A stretch of 64,000 nucleotides of DNA from Plasmodiophora brassicae (lineage: Eukaryota), in assembly GCA_036867785.1 (NCBI GenBank), contig CP145423.1, forward strand, positions 496,001 to 560,000, read 5' to 3'. A program made the position numbers and the translations under genes. The notes beneath the pieces are model-generated. The model did not search any database and had not been told where the DNA came from. It saw nothing but the letters and a program-made list of their open reading frames with translations. Shown here piece after piece: positions 47,857 to 60,565 of this stretch. Within the stretch, counting starts at the first letter, position 1; each line of letters opens with the position of its first letter.

Positions 47857-48237
47857 ATGGACCACGCCGAGGACATGTGCGAGTGCCTGCGGCAGTTCCT
47901 GCAAAGCCAGGCCGCCGAGTTCAACAGCATGATCCGAGCGGTAGGCAGCGTATCGATCGGCGGCCCTGCCCCCGCCGGCGACTGACGTTGCGGTTGGGCG
48001 CAGGTCACCGGCCAGGATGTCGTCACCGGCAACGGCCTAACTGCGCCAACGCTGCCCTCCCACGCCGGTCCGCCGTCCATGACCAACCCGCAGATGCTCG
48101 CCCTCTTCGTCATGGGCCTGATCCTCCTCTTCCTGCTCGCCGTCCCGTCGCGCCGCTCGCCCCGGCACCCGGACGCCAAGCCGTCGTCCGGAGCCGATTT
48201 CGACGACGACCACCCGGGACCCGACCTTCTTCGGTAG
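47857..48237 (+). CDS. SMIM14/DUF2615-like small membrane protein; 2 exons
   Basis: MDHAEDMCECLRQFLQSQ...|...MLALFVMGLILLFLLAVP...AKP. Intron at 47941-48003. Not shown as a single ORF in the track. Confidence 0.55.
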
Positions 48238-48504
48238 GCCGTCGCCACGACGGCCAATACACGACGACGGGCTTCAGCGGGAACAGCATTGGGGTCGGCC
48301 GTATATTAGGGCGCGTCCCCCGCCAACCCCAAAACAGAGATAAGTTGCGGGGCCCAGTTTGTGGGTTGTGTTTTGTGTTTTGTCCCCCCTCCCCTCCCGC
48401 ACATTGCGACACGGGAAGGCCACGTGACGTCGAACGGCGGTCCAAATTTGGACGGCGACGGGCGCCAGTCGACGTCGTCCGTGCGGCGGGGGGCGCGCGC
48501 GCAG

Positions 48505-49673
48505 ATGGCCGTGGATGCGGCGGGCAAACGGGCGACGGCGTCGTCGGTGGACGCCGCCGACGCCGCCGACGGCATGAAGGCGCGGATGGTGCACCGCGGC
48601 ACGGCGCCGTTCATCGCGACCGTCGTCGTCGTGTTCGCGTACTGCGGCCTGCACGTCGCGGACGTGTTCCAGAACGTCCGGCGGCTGCGGGCGACGGTGC
48701 CCGGGTTCCCGGTGTTCGCGCGCCTGTGGCCGTCCGTCCCGATCGCGCTGGCCATGGTCGGCGTCCGCCTCTTCATGGTCCGCACGCTGAGGCCGTTGGG
48801 CAGGGCCGCCCTGCCGGCCACGAAATGGGAGCCTGAGGTAGTACAACGGCACGCGTCGTCCCCGTGCCCCGCCGACACGCTGACGCCACGTTAGGAGTAC
48901 GCCAAGCGCGTCGACCGGGTCCTGCACGTCCTGTTCAAGCTGTGCTACTTCGTGATCGCGACCCCAGTCGGATGGTACATCCTCAAGGACGAGCCATGGA
49001 TGCCTGTAAGGCGCGCGTTCGCCGGTGGTTGGCCGGCGTCCGCGTTCTGATTCGTTCGTGTCGTTCGCAGCCGTCGATGGGCGGGACGGGCGACGTCATA
49101 CACTGCTGGACGAACTTCCCACATCATGCCATGCCGGACGCCATCCACTGGTACTACGTCGTGTCGCTCGGGTACCACCTGCACAGCCTGCTCTACCAGC
49201 TCGGCAGCACGCGGCGGAACGACTTCTGGGAGATGTTCCTCCACCACAGCTGCACGCTGTTCCTCGTCGTGTTCTCGTACATGGCCAACCTGTTCCGATT
49301 CGGCACGCTCGTGTTCTGGCTGCACGACTGCGGCGACATCTCCTCGTACTGGGTCAAGGCCTTCGTCGACACGCGCTACACGAACATCACGATCCTCGCC
49401 TACCTCGGCATCATGTCGACCTGGGGCTACCTGCGCCTGTACGTGTTCCCGTTCGAGATCATCCGCTGCGCGATCTTCGACGCCCCCTTCCACATCCCCG
49501 GCGTGCCCATGCTGTGCACGCTCATGTGCGTCCTCACCTGCCTGCACCTCTACTGGTACACGCTCTTCATCCGCATGGGCGTCGCCTTCCTGCACACGGG
49601 CAAGACCGAGGACGTCATCGAGGACGTCGCCACCGACAGCGAGCTCGTCGCCCGGAAGCGGGTGCCCTGCTGA
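48505..49673 (+). CDS. Ceramide synthase (LAG1/TLC domain); 3 exons
   Basis: Lag1p motif RRNDFWEMFLHHSCT...GTLVFWLHDCGD, plus WGYLRL and LHLYW. Confidence 0.92.
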
Positions 49674-49767
49674 CTACCTCTACCCTAAAGCCCCCCGCTT
49701 GTATCGAATACACAACCCACCCATCTCTGCCCTAAAGGCACCCGCCGGTGCGTGACGCACTCGCCCA

Positions 49768-51165
49768 ATGGACGGTTCTGGGCGCGTTCGGCGCCTGCCG
49801 GCGACGTCCGTCTGGCACGTGTACACGCCTCTGGCCATCGAGCACGGGGCAGTGAACCTCGGTCTCTCCGCTTTGTGGTCGTTGTCGTCGTCGCGGGGGC
49901 TGACCGTGTCTCTCTCTCTGTGGGCAGGGCAAGGGTTCCCCGACGGCGATCCTCCCGAGTTCGTCCAGCAGGCGGCCTGCGACGCCATCCAGGACGGGGC
50001 GAACCAGTACGCGCGGGGCGCGGGCAGCATGGCGCTGGTGTCGGTCGTGGCGGAACGCGCGTCCGCCGATCTGGGTCGCGTCGTCGACCCGATCGCCGAG
50101 GTCCTCGTCTGCAACGGGTGCACGGGCGCCCTGTTCGCCACGTTCCAGGCGCTGCTGGACGACGGCGACGAGGTCGTCGTCTTCGAGCCGCTGTTCGACG
50201 TGTACGTCGGGCAGATCCAGATGGCGGGCGGCGTCATCGTCCCGGTGCCGCTGGCGGTCGACGCCGCGGGCGACTGGCGCTTCGATGTGGACCTGCTGGG
50301 CGCCGCCTGCAGCGACAGGACGCGGGCGATCGTCGTCAACAACCCGCACAACCCCACCGGTCGGCTCTGCATTGCTGCGTTCGTTGCCACGACACCCACA
50401 CGGCGGGGAGGGCAGGCAAGGTGTTCCGCCGGGCGGAGCTCGACCGCATCGCAGACGTCGTCAGGTGCCGGCCCCGGATCGTCGTCGTCGTCGACGAGGT
50501 CTACGAGCACCTGGTCTACGACGGGTGCGAACACGTCCGGTTCGCCAGCCTTCCCGGCATGTGGGACCGGACGCTGACGCTGTCGTCCGCTGGGAAAACG
50601 TTCAGGTACGTTCCCGGTCGTCTCCGCCGCCGCCGCCGTCTGAACCCGGGAACACAGCGTCACCGGCTGGAAGATCGGTTGGTGCATCGGCCCACGCCCG
50701 CTGGTCGCCGCTGTCCATGCCGCCCAGACGTTCGTCGTGTTCAGCGTCTGCACGCCGCTGCAGGCGGCCGTCGCCGAGTCGCTGGCGCGGGCCGGCGCCC
50801 CGTACGACGGCCACCCCAGCTACTTCGTCCACCTTCGACGGGCGTACGAACGCAAGCGCGACGCCCTGCTCGCCCACCTTCGTGCAGCGGGTTTCACCCC
50901 GTACACGCCCTCGGGATCGTTCTTCGTCGTGGCCGACTGCGGCCGCGTGCGCCCGCCGGCACAGTACGGCCCGGGCGACTGGGCGCTGGCCCGGTTCCTC
51001 ACCGTCGAGGTCGGCGTCGCCTGCATTCCCATGTCGGCGTTCCGCCTGCACGGCGACGACGTCGGCCGAGGTTCCACCCTGCTCCGGTTCGCGTTCTGCA
51101 AGTCGGACGAGGCGCTCGCCGAAGCCGGGCGACGCCTCCTGGCCTGGCGTCGCGCGTTCGTCTAA
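49768..51165 (+). CDS. Class I/II PLP aminotransferase (kynurenine aminotransferase-like); 4 exons
   Basis: AVNL|GQGFPD, NQY, NNPHNPTG|KVF, DEVYEHL, SAGKTF|SVTGWKIGW and RFAFCK. Confidence 0.93.
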
Positions 51166-51234
51166 ACGGGCACACTGACACACACACGGCCCCAGCGTCC
51201 ACGAGCGCAGTGACGATGGCCCAACTGTTCGCCT

Positions 51235-53886
51235 TTATGTCGTCGTCGGTGTGCAGGGCCGGCGCTTGGATCGTCGACGCTCGCTGGCGAGGCGTCGGCC
51301 CAGCAGCGCGTTCAGGTGCGAACGGATCGCGATCAGGGCGCCGGTTTCGAACGACGCATCGGCCGGGCGGCTCAACCGTTCGAGGAGCGCCGCTGACGCC
51401 GACTTGCTCAGCGTCGCTCCCGGACGGCCGTGCTCGTCGCCGTCGTTCGCCCCCGGTAAGGCGGCCTGTCCACGCCAGGGCCCGTTAGCACGTGCGCGCG
51501 CGCGCGCCGCCATCGATACGTGCCTACCATCGACTTCGACTTGCACGGTCGCAGCTCGACCGACTTGACCACGTCCATTCGTCGCGTTAACGGCGACGAC
51601 GCCAGCGGGCGACCGCGTTCTGTGAGGACGATCGCCTGCGACGATGACGACGACGACGACGGTCGCCCAGGTCCCGTTGACGCATCTGCATCGATGCCGT
51701 CAGAGAGGTCCCGGTTCGTTCCGGCGGGCCCAGCTGGTACCCCCATTCGGATCGCTGAACGCGACCTCGTCCCGATCGACGACGTCCAGCGTGTCCAGGT
51801 TGACGATGGACTGTGGAAGGCGTAACGTCGAGTAGATCTGCCCGAGGCAGAACGCACTGGTTAGGGGAGGATGGGACGTCGGTCGGCGTCCACCCCACAC
51901 AAACACACACCTTAAAGAATGCAAATTCGCGCGCCTGGTTACGTCGCGTCGTCACCGTGTCGAGTATCGAACCCTGGAACAGGAGCACGAAGTCGGACCG
52001 CTTCAGGCACAGCAGGACGCACTGACGCGATAGGCAGACGGCGGTCGTCGAGCATCGTCGTACGCCTGCGCCGACCGACATCAGCCACAGGTGCACACAC
52101 GGCCCCGTGCTCAGGTGTACCCAGGAGGGCCTCGTCGTTGAAGCAGTCGTTCTCGGCGACGACGTCGACGACGAACGACTGCAGGGTGGTCGTGTCGACA
52201 CGCTCCCAGTGGATCGCGTCGGCCGGCCACTTGTTGAACCGTTTGATCGCGATCTGGCGCGTCAGTGACACCTGGCCCGACTCCACGAAGTAGACGTAAT
52301 CGCTGCTGGATCCCTTCGTGTGGGCGGGGGGAAGCGGTTCCGTCAGCGCGCAAGCGACTCGTGACCGCCCGCCTGGGCACGTACCTGTGTGCAGATGACC
52401 TGCTTCTGGACGAACGTTCGTCGTTTCAGCGCGGAACACAGCCGGACCAGGCGGGCATCGACCCACAGCACGAACATCTTCATCGACGACACGACGGCGA
52501 CGGCTCTGGCCAGTAGCGCGGCGCGTTTCGCGGCGAGCACGCCCTCGTACGCTGGGTACGCGCGTATCAGGGCGATCGCAACGAGGGAACGTGTGGCGTT
52601 TGCCTGTCGACGACGGACCGGTCCACTCGATCCGGATCAGGACGCACTCGGACAGGCACCGGGCTGAATCGCGATGGCGAGGCGGGCCGGGTTGCCGGTT
52701 GCCGGCAACGGGACGGAACGCCTTCTGGATCATCTCCCAGCGTCGCATGCAGCGTGTCTGGCGTCGGACCCGCCGCGCTTCGGCGATGCCTTCCACATCC
52801 TGAGCGCTGGACGCGTCAGCGAACCGAATGGCATGGGGACGCGTTGGCCACCTGCGGGTACCCGATAACGGTGCCCACCGAGACCTGCCGCTGCAGTCAG
52901 AACGGTGCCGATCCAGGCGACGGGAGGGGGAGGGCGACGAACCTGCTCGGTGTAGCCCATCGGTTTGTCGTCGATGTTGGCGACCTCGACGACGCCGGAC
53001 CGAACGATGTACAGGGCGTCAACGGTGTCGCTGCGCGCGTACAGAAGGACGCCTTTGCGGATGGTCACCAGGCGGGCGCCTTTCAGCAGGTCGGACACGA
53101 CGTCGTCGTCGTGCCCCGTGAAGCACTTCATCGACCGGCACCATTTCAGCGCCTGACGCGGACGACGTTAAACGGCGACGACGACGACGACGATAGTCGC
53201 TTCAGTGGGCGTACGTTAACGTTCTCGAAACGCGACCGCTGCTCCACTGGCTTCAACAGCATGTCGATGCACATGTCCTCGACTGGCGCGGTGTACACGC
53301 CCTGGAAGTCGCTCCTGGTCCTGCCCGGACGGGTTCTAAGCTCCAGCACGTTGGATTTGCTGAGCGCGCGCGGGCGCGCACCATAACCACGACGGGAACA
53401 CGGTCGGCTTGCCGCTCTGCTCCACAGGCGTCACCGTCTGCGTCTGGTCCTGGGCCGCCAGATGGGCCTCCAGCTTGCGTCGCCTCTCCAGCACCTGGCA
53501 GGTCGGTGTGTCAGACGGCAACGGGACCGATTCCACGGGCGCACTCGAACCATGGATGGCGTTAAGCACCCTGAACGCGTGCCATCTTTCGGGGCGTGGG
53601 ACTCGGCGGTGGCCGGTGGCTGGCCGGCACCGACTGGGTGGGCCGCGTCCGTCAGCATGGGGAGAATGCTTTCCACGGGTCGTCGTCGTCGCGGTCGCCG
53701 ACTAGGCCGTCGTCGCATGTACTCGAGGGCGGAGCTGATGTTCTTGACGCCAGTGACCATCGGGCCACGCCACCCTTCGGACGCCTGGTCGATGCCCAGG
53801 ACGGCGTTGTACCGTCGCCGGACGACGTCTTCGCAGGCGGCTTGCGACAGATCGGGCAGGGACGCGCCATGCGTCAACGCGGGCAT
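51235..53886 (-). CDS. Cyclic-nucleotide-binding-domain protein; multi-exon, ends approximate
   Basis: cNMP-type strands LYARSDTVDALYIVRSGVVEV and DYVYFVESGQVSL...CFNDEALL...LCLKRSDF. Confidence 0.65.
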
Positions 53887-54097
53887 GGGCGTTTGGAGCC
53901 CGCTGACCAACTGGCCGCCTAAAGAATCGTCCCCCGGTACCCGTACTGACCCGATTCGCCATCCAGTCCCATTCTCGTAATGCGCATCCAGACGAGGAAA
54001 CGGCCACGACCATGGTGCTCGCGCTGCAATGGTTGCACCTGGCACCCGGGCATGGTGGCAGCCGCCAACGCCCTAGTTTATCACGTTGCCAGGAACG

Positions 54098-55704
54098 TCA
54101 GAGACGACTGGGAACTGAGCCGGTGCCGTTCACCGCCTTCGCTAAGGCCGCTGCCAACCGGTCGATCGCCCAGGAAGGCACACGCCGGTGTACAGGCAGG
54201 TAGATGACGCTCCGCATGAGAGCCTGAGCCTGTTCAGGCTCAGGCACCTTGCCCTTCAGCTCGTCGGGAACAGGAATGCATGCCAGTTGTGTCGTCGATA
54301 CGGACGCATCGACGCCCATGGCGGACAGCCTCTGCATGATGCCGTCTCGAGCGCTTTCGTCAACGCAGACAGGGAACAGCCAATAGTTACGGGTGGCGGC
54401 CGCGTGTCCAGGAACAGTGATGCCCGATGGGAGGCTGTCGACCAGCTGGTCACCTCGAAGCTGTACCGACCACATCGTTAACCAGGGACGGACATCGGGT
54501 GGACCAAGAACAGCAGACGCCACCTTGGCGATCGCCATCGCACGGTAATCGAGCTTCCGCAGACGATCGTCCAACGTGGCCAACAGTGCCGCTGACGGCT
54601 GGTGTCTTAGGCCCGTCATCAACGCGTTCGGGAACCCTCGAAGCATTTGGACAACGATTGCTGTGGACGGCACAGGTCGGGCATCAGCCCTGCCTACGAT
54701 GACGATGGACAGCGCCAACTAACCTTTGTGGTCGTACCCGAGAGAATTGCTTATCGCAATCCCAGGGCCAGTTATCATCGGGCAGTTCAGAGCGGCCGAT
54801 ACCCCTACGTAGGACGGCGGCAGACGTGAGCAGATGCGCCAGATGGAGACGAACGCACACGTGATTGGGCGGACCTGCCATCTTGCCCGCCTTCTGGGCA
54901 TACGCGGACGATGACTGGACCGGGTACGTGGCGTGCTGGGCGCGCATCCTCGCCAGGACGTCCCGTCTGCGTACGATGCCGACCCCGCCACCGAACGCCG
55001 TCGATATCTATCCAGGGAGGTCAGTCCCCTGCCGAGCGACCGCTGCCGACGGGGCGATGCCTTGATGGATCCGAACGAGAACAGGACGAGGTCGGACCCG
55101 GGATGGCCCCGGAACGCCAGGCCGTCGAACGATTCCGCACAGTCCTCGATGAGGGGAACGCCCCGAGCGCGGGTCATGCCGACAATTCGGTCCAGAGGGT
55201 TCCGCCGCCCGTAAACATGGGCCACGATGAACGCCACGACCTTCTCCAATTGCAGCAAGGCCTCCAGCTGCTTCAGGTCCGGTAGCAGCGTGTCCATATT
55301 GAGCTGAAGTCGAACGGTCATGAGCAAATGCAACGATAACGTGAACCGTACGAGCGTACGTCGACGGGAACGGGTATCAGGTCGTGGGCGGCGAGAACGC
55401 GGGACATGTCAGGGATGTTAATAGCGGACATGAGAACGTAGGATCCTTTCGGGAACGCGTTCGCATGGAGGTACAGGTCCAGGCACGACCGCACCGACAG
55501 GCAGGCGATCGCCTGATCCGACCCGCCAAAGTGCCGCTCGACCCGTTCCGCCAGGATCGCTTCATCGCCGCCCGGGTGCCGGATCGCGTTCGCCGCCGAA
55601 TGCAGCAGGTCGCCGGCCGTCGCGTCAATATGCAACGAGGCGTACGGGAACACGCGCGTCAGGCGCGACGCGACCACGTGGTCCAACCCTAAGCCGCGTG
55701 CCAT
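54098..55704 (-). CDS. DegT/DnrJ/EryC1/StrS-family PLP-dependent aminotransferase; multi-exon
   Basis: LMSAINIPDM, PVPVD, AHVYG, LIEDCAESF, FSFGSIK|..TAFGGG, YWLFP and YLPVH. Confidence 0.88.
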
Positions 55705-56084
55705 CGCGTGACGACGACCGTCGACGGAACCGTCACGGACTCCGCGACGTCGACGTGCAGGTCGGTGCCGCCCGCCCCGCAGACAGCAGCGGCAGCAGCC
55801 CCCAGCTTCAGGCAACCATTGGTCCGCAAAGGGCAAGCCCCTGTTTGCACGCGAGACACCCGAAGCAGTATGTTGAGGGCATGTCGCTGGGTTGGACGGG
55901 CGGCGGACCGCGTCGAGCGGCACTTTGCCGGGTCGGATCCGGCGATCATCATGCGCCTGTCGGTGCGGTCATGCCCGGACCTGCGACCTGTAGGGGAACT
56001 CTGCAACGCACCATACTCCCTCGCTGTACAGCATCATTTGCTTCGTGTCCAACGCATGGAGTTGTATAATGTCTGGCGTCTTCC

Positions 56085-56735
56085 TTATTCGTCGGCGCCC
56101 AGCGACGTTCGGCGACGTTGCAGAGCGCGTGCCAGTTCGTCTCGGAAGTTGCCTGGCGTCGCCCCGGCCGCCGGCTGTTTCGCTGGCAGAGGTTTGAACG
56201 TGACCGACCCGGTGCAGGCGTTGCGTGCGTCGGCACAGCTGTTGGTGGATGAGCGGCGGCGATTCACTGCGGCTTGCAATTCCTCGAGCAACGTGCTGCT
56301 CGCCTTGGCGATCGATGTCGTACGTGGTGGAGCTGGTCCCTGCTGTTCCACTTGTGGAGGAGCACGACGTGGCACAGCGGGCGCCTGAGGTGGTGCCGCC
56401 GGTGGTACGGGTACAGCAGGCGCAGGGGGCGCCGGCGGTGGTGGGCGTACTGCAGGCGCAGGGGGCGCTGGTGGTGGTGCGCGTACAGCAGGGGCAGGGG
56501 GCGCCGGCGGTGCCGGTTTGACAGTTGGCACAGCTGGTGCCAGGGGCGCGACGGTCGACGATGCAACAACACGCGGTGACGGGCGGTGTCGTCGACGCCA
56601 GCCTGTGAGGCGCACGTGGCAACAGTCAGCAGGAGCAGCGCCACCTGGTGCACACTGTCCCCCCGTACATTCGATGAGCTCGCGAATCGCGAGTCCCGCC
56701 ACGAAACCCAGCGCTCCAGCCTTGATCGCGTGCAT
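56085..56735 (-). CDS. Membrane-anchored proline-rich protein with two amphipathic basic helices (copy A)
   Basis: Hydrophobic N-terminus, repeated PPAPPAPAV, then LLEELQAAVNRRR and FRDELARALQRRR. A short internal intron is likely. Confidence 0.65.
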   Translation of the reverse strand: MHAIKAGALGFVAGLAIRELIECTGGQCAPGGAAPADCCHVRLTGWRRRHRPSPRVVASSTVAPLAPAVPTVKPAPPAPPAPAVRAPPPAPPAPAVRPPPPAPPAPAVPVPPAAPPQAPAVPRRAPPQVEQQGPAPPRTTSIAKASSTLLEELQAAVNRRRSSTNSCADARNACTGSVTFKPLPAKQPAAGATPGNFRDELARALQRRRTSLGADE

Positions 56736-56793
56736 CTTGTTGCGTCCGGTCGACGTCCACTATCGAAATAACGTTGCGTTGGGGTGACAGGCA

Positions 56794-56816
56794 CCCCCCC
56801 CCCCCCCCCCCCCCCC
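56794..56816. repeat. C23 homopolymer
   Basis: 23 consecutive C. The paralogous site at about 59470 reads ctcccc. Confidence 0.9.
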
Positions 56817-57659
56817 GTCGGCCGATCGGCCGAACGGAACAAGGAACGAGATTCGTGATCGCCTGCCTATGTTACCCGGACCGCCTTGCCGATCTTGACT
56901 TCTGGCCGACGGAACGAGGTCCATGCCCGATTGCTGGGAACGCCTGCTCTGCCCATCCGGGAGGCGGCCAGGTGGTGAACGCGAAAGGGAGGCTTTGTGC
57001 CCGATCTCTCCTATATCGTGCAATGATGGCGGGCCACCACACGACGATTTACAGACAAACGACGTCTTCGCAGGCGGCTTGCGACCGATGGGGAAGGGAA
57101 GTGCCATGCGTCAACGCGGGATTGGCGTGGAGACAGCTGACCGACGTACCTACTGACCCGATTCGCGATCCAGACACATTCTCGCTATCCTGACCCGGAC
57201 GTGTTCATATCCGAAACGACGCCGAGCGGGCGTGCCTAGACGGCAGGCGGCATTCGACGTTCGACTGCTGGGGAAGAATGCTACGCCCTGCAGGCCCGGC
57301 TCATCAGCGACGAAGTCAGGAAGGTTCGACCCGGGCCGGCCGCCCACACGATCGTCAACCTGTATGTACCGCGAGTTTATCGCGGGCGCGACCGCTGTAC
57401 GGCACCACCTGCTGGAGAACGACCCATGAAACTGTCATCGCGTTGACCAACAACATGTCGGCATACGAGATCAAACGGGCAGGCGCCGTCCTGACTACGA
57501 CGTCTGACAGATCCATGGCATGCGGGGAACAGGCTCTTCAGTGGCAACTGAAGTCGCCCGAGGTAACTGATTCAGGGGGCAACGGGATATCAGGGCGGGC
57601 GATATGGCCAGATGTAGCGGACGGTTGCAGGGAAATAGGCTCCGTCATCCTACTGAAGA

Positions 57660-58350
57660 GGCAATCGCCATCATGAAGCTGAGACGGATTCAGTGCTGCT
57701 GCAACGGACGTCATAGTCCTGTCGTATCGGTCGGCCGTGACGTCTTGCTGTCATCGGGCAGTCCAGAACGGCTAATATGCCTACGACGACGGCATACGTC
57801 AACTCATGTGTCAGGCAGAGACGGTTGCAAACCTTATTGGACGGGCCAACCATCTTGCCCGCTTTCTGGGCATACGCTGACGATGACTGGACCGGGTACA
57901 TGGTATGCTGAGCGCACATCATCGCCAGGATGCCCCGGAACGCCAGGCCATCAAACGATTCCGCACAGTTCTCGATGACGGGAGTGCCCCGAATTCGTAT
58001 CATTGCGAGAATTCGGTCCAGAGGATTCCTCCACCAGTAAACGTGTGTCACGATGAGCGCCGCAACCTTCTCCAATTGCAGCAAGGCGTTTCGCTGCTTC
58101 AGGTCCGGTAGCAGTGTGCCCATAGTAAGCTGAACTCGAACGCCAATGAGCAAATGCAACGATAACGTGAACCGCAACAGCATAACGTCGACGGGAGCGG
58201 GTATCAGGTCGTGAGCGGCGAGGACACGGGACATGTCAGGGATGTTAATAGCCGACATGAGACGTAGGACGCTTTCGCGAACGCGTTCCCATGGATGTAA
58301 ACGTCCAGGCATGGCCGTACCGGACAGGCACGCGGTCGCCTGATCCGATG
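57660..58350 (-). pseudogene. Degenerate partial duplicate of the DegT-family gene
   Basis: Homologous to about 54700-55520. EDCA is now ENCA, the SFGSIK (PLP-lysine) segment is deleted and both ends are truncated. Confidence 0.85.
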
Positions 58351-58760
58351 AAACCTCACAGGGGCCGGAGCGCCTGGTAGTCGCAACGTGTTGCTCGACA
58401 GCCGTACACAGAGCCAGGGCGTGCGCTCTTAACCAAACGCCGACAGCCAGCAGCTATGGCGCCCCGATCCATCTTCCTTGTACAAACATTCAGAAGCGTG
58501 ACATCAGCACCGGGGCGCTAACCACCTCATGGTTTCACGTATGTACGGTACGCGCGAAACGTGTCGGCAGAGACGTAGCCGAACGCGTCGAGCGGCACAC
58601 TGCCGGGTCGGATCAGGCGATCATCATGCGCCTGTCGGTGCGGTCCTGCCTGGACCTGAGACCTGTAGGGGGAGCTCTGCAACGCACCATACGCCCTCAT
58701 TATGCAGCATCATTTGTCTCGTGTCCAACTTAAGGAATTGTATAATGTCTGGCGTCTTCC

Positions 58761-59411
58761 TTATTCGTCAGCGCCCAGCGACGTTCGGCGACGTTGCAGA
58801 GCGCGTGCCAGTTCGTCTCGGAAGTTGCCCGGCGTCGCCCCGGCCGCCGGCTGTTTCGCTGGCAGAGGTTTGAACGTGTGCGACCCGGCGCTGGCGTTGC
58901 TTGCGTCGGCGCAGCTGTTGGTGGATGAGCGGCGGCGATTCACTGCGACTTGCAATTCCTCGAGCAACGTGCTGCTCCCCTTGGCGATCGATGTCGTACG
59001 TGGTGGAGCTGGTCCCTGCTGTTCCACTTGTGGAGGAGCACGACGTGGCACAGCGGGCGCCTGAGGTGGTGCCGTCGGTGGTACGGGTACAGCAGGCGCA
59101 GGGGGCGCTGGCGGTGGTGGGCGTACTGCAGGCGCAGGGGGTGCTGGTGGTGGTGCGCGTACAGCAGGGGCAGGGGGCGCCGGCGGTGCCGGTTTGACAG
59201 TTGGCACAGCTGGTGCCAGGGGCGCGACGGTCGATGACGCGACGACACGCGGTGACGGGCGGTGTCGTCGACGCCAGCCTATGAGGCGCACGTGGCAACA
59301 GTCAGCAGGAGCAGCGCCACCTGGTGCACACTGTTCCCCCGTACATTCGATGAGCTCGCGGATCGCGAGTCCCGCCACGAAGCCCAGTGCTCCAGCCTTG
59401 ATCGCGTGCAT
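58761..59411 (-). CDS. Membrane-anchored proline-rich protein (copy B)
   Basis: Same length as 56085-56735, near-identical and intact. Confidence 0.65.
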   Translation of the reverse strand: MHAIKAGALGFVAGLAIRELIECTGEQCAPGGAAPADCCHVRLIGWRRRHRPSPRVVASSTVAPLAPAVPTVKPAPPAPPAPAVRAPPPAPPAPAVRPPPPAPPAPAVPVPPTAPPQAPAVPRRAPPQVEQQGPAPPRTTSIAKGSSTLLEELQVAVNRRRSSTNSCADASNASAGSHTFKPLPAKQPAAGATPGNFRDELARALQRRRTSLGADE

Positions 59412-59791
59412 CTTGTTGCGTCCTGTCGACGACCAATATCGAAATAACGTTGCGTCGGGGCGACAGGCACTCCCCGTCGGCCGATCGGCCGAACGGGAGA
59501 CGGAACGAGATTCGTCAGCACCCTCTTACGTTACCCCGTACCGCCTCGCCGATCCCACGTTCTGGCCGACGCAACGAGATCCATGCCCGATTCCTGGGAA
59601 CGCCAGCGCTGCCCATCCGGGAGGCGGCCAGGTGATGACCGCGAGCCTAGTGGCTTTGTGCCCGATCTCTGCTAAATCATGCAATGATGGGGGCCCATAC
59701 ACACGAGGATGTGCAGGCGAACGGTCTGGGGGGCAGGACCATGGCAGTTCTGACGAAGAATGATCATCTAGAATTGTGTATAGAACTGTGC

Positions 59792-60565
59792 TCATGATTC
59801 GAGCGCCCTGATGGCAACAATCTCGGTAGGCGATATCCTTCTCATCTGTCGCTGCACGCGATTCACCATGACGAAGATAATGATCTGCGCACACAAAGGT
59901 CAGCGTTCACGAATCGCACGACTGGGCACTCGTTGTCGCGTTCCGACCTCCATGACGGCGCCGATTGTGTTGAACGTGACGAACATGGCGTCCTTGTAGG
60001 CGAGGACGTCCAAATAGACCCTGAGGGCAGCGTTCAACAGCAGGTAGACTTGGTAGACGATGAGGAGGTTGGCGCGGTAGTAGGTGGACCCGAGGTACCC
60101 GGCCACCGGCAGGGCCATGGCGACCAGCAGGATCGGGATCGTCAGCGAGAAGATCAGCAGGAACACGCAGTCGATGATGGCGAAGATACGCACGGTCCGG
60201 GCGCCCTGCATGACCGCCTGCCCTTCGTCCGAGATGAACCCAGGGAAGTCCTGCGCGCCCGCATTGACGACTACGACCTCCGGCGGTGATGACACTCCAG
60301 TCTCGTCGGACACTTGACGCGCCTGGCGCACGACCAGATGGACGACAACGTCGTCAGCAGCGATGCCAGCATCCCGCAGGGATTCCTGGTCGGCCAGTTC
60401 GCGCCCGGCGTGGATCAGGCGCTGCAGGTCGGCGGGGATCGACTCCTGGTCCTGGATCGCCGCCTTCAGCTGCGCGACGTCCCATCCCGGCTCGACTTTG
60501 TCGATCGTCAGCGTCTGCCCGGTGACGGAGCGCACCTTGACGCGTATGGTGGCCGTCCCGCCCAT
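59792..60565 (-). CDS. Ubiquitin-like domain plus multi-pass TM protein; 2 exons
   Basis: VKVRSVTGQTL...VAQLKAAIQDQESIPADLQRLIHAGRELAD...VHLVVR, followed by 3-4 TM helices. Confidence 0.8.

Noticed and set aside
49752-51488. 578-aa Arg-rich ORF
   Set aside because: Alternative frame over the spliced aminotransferase, low complexity, with no motifs.
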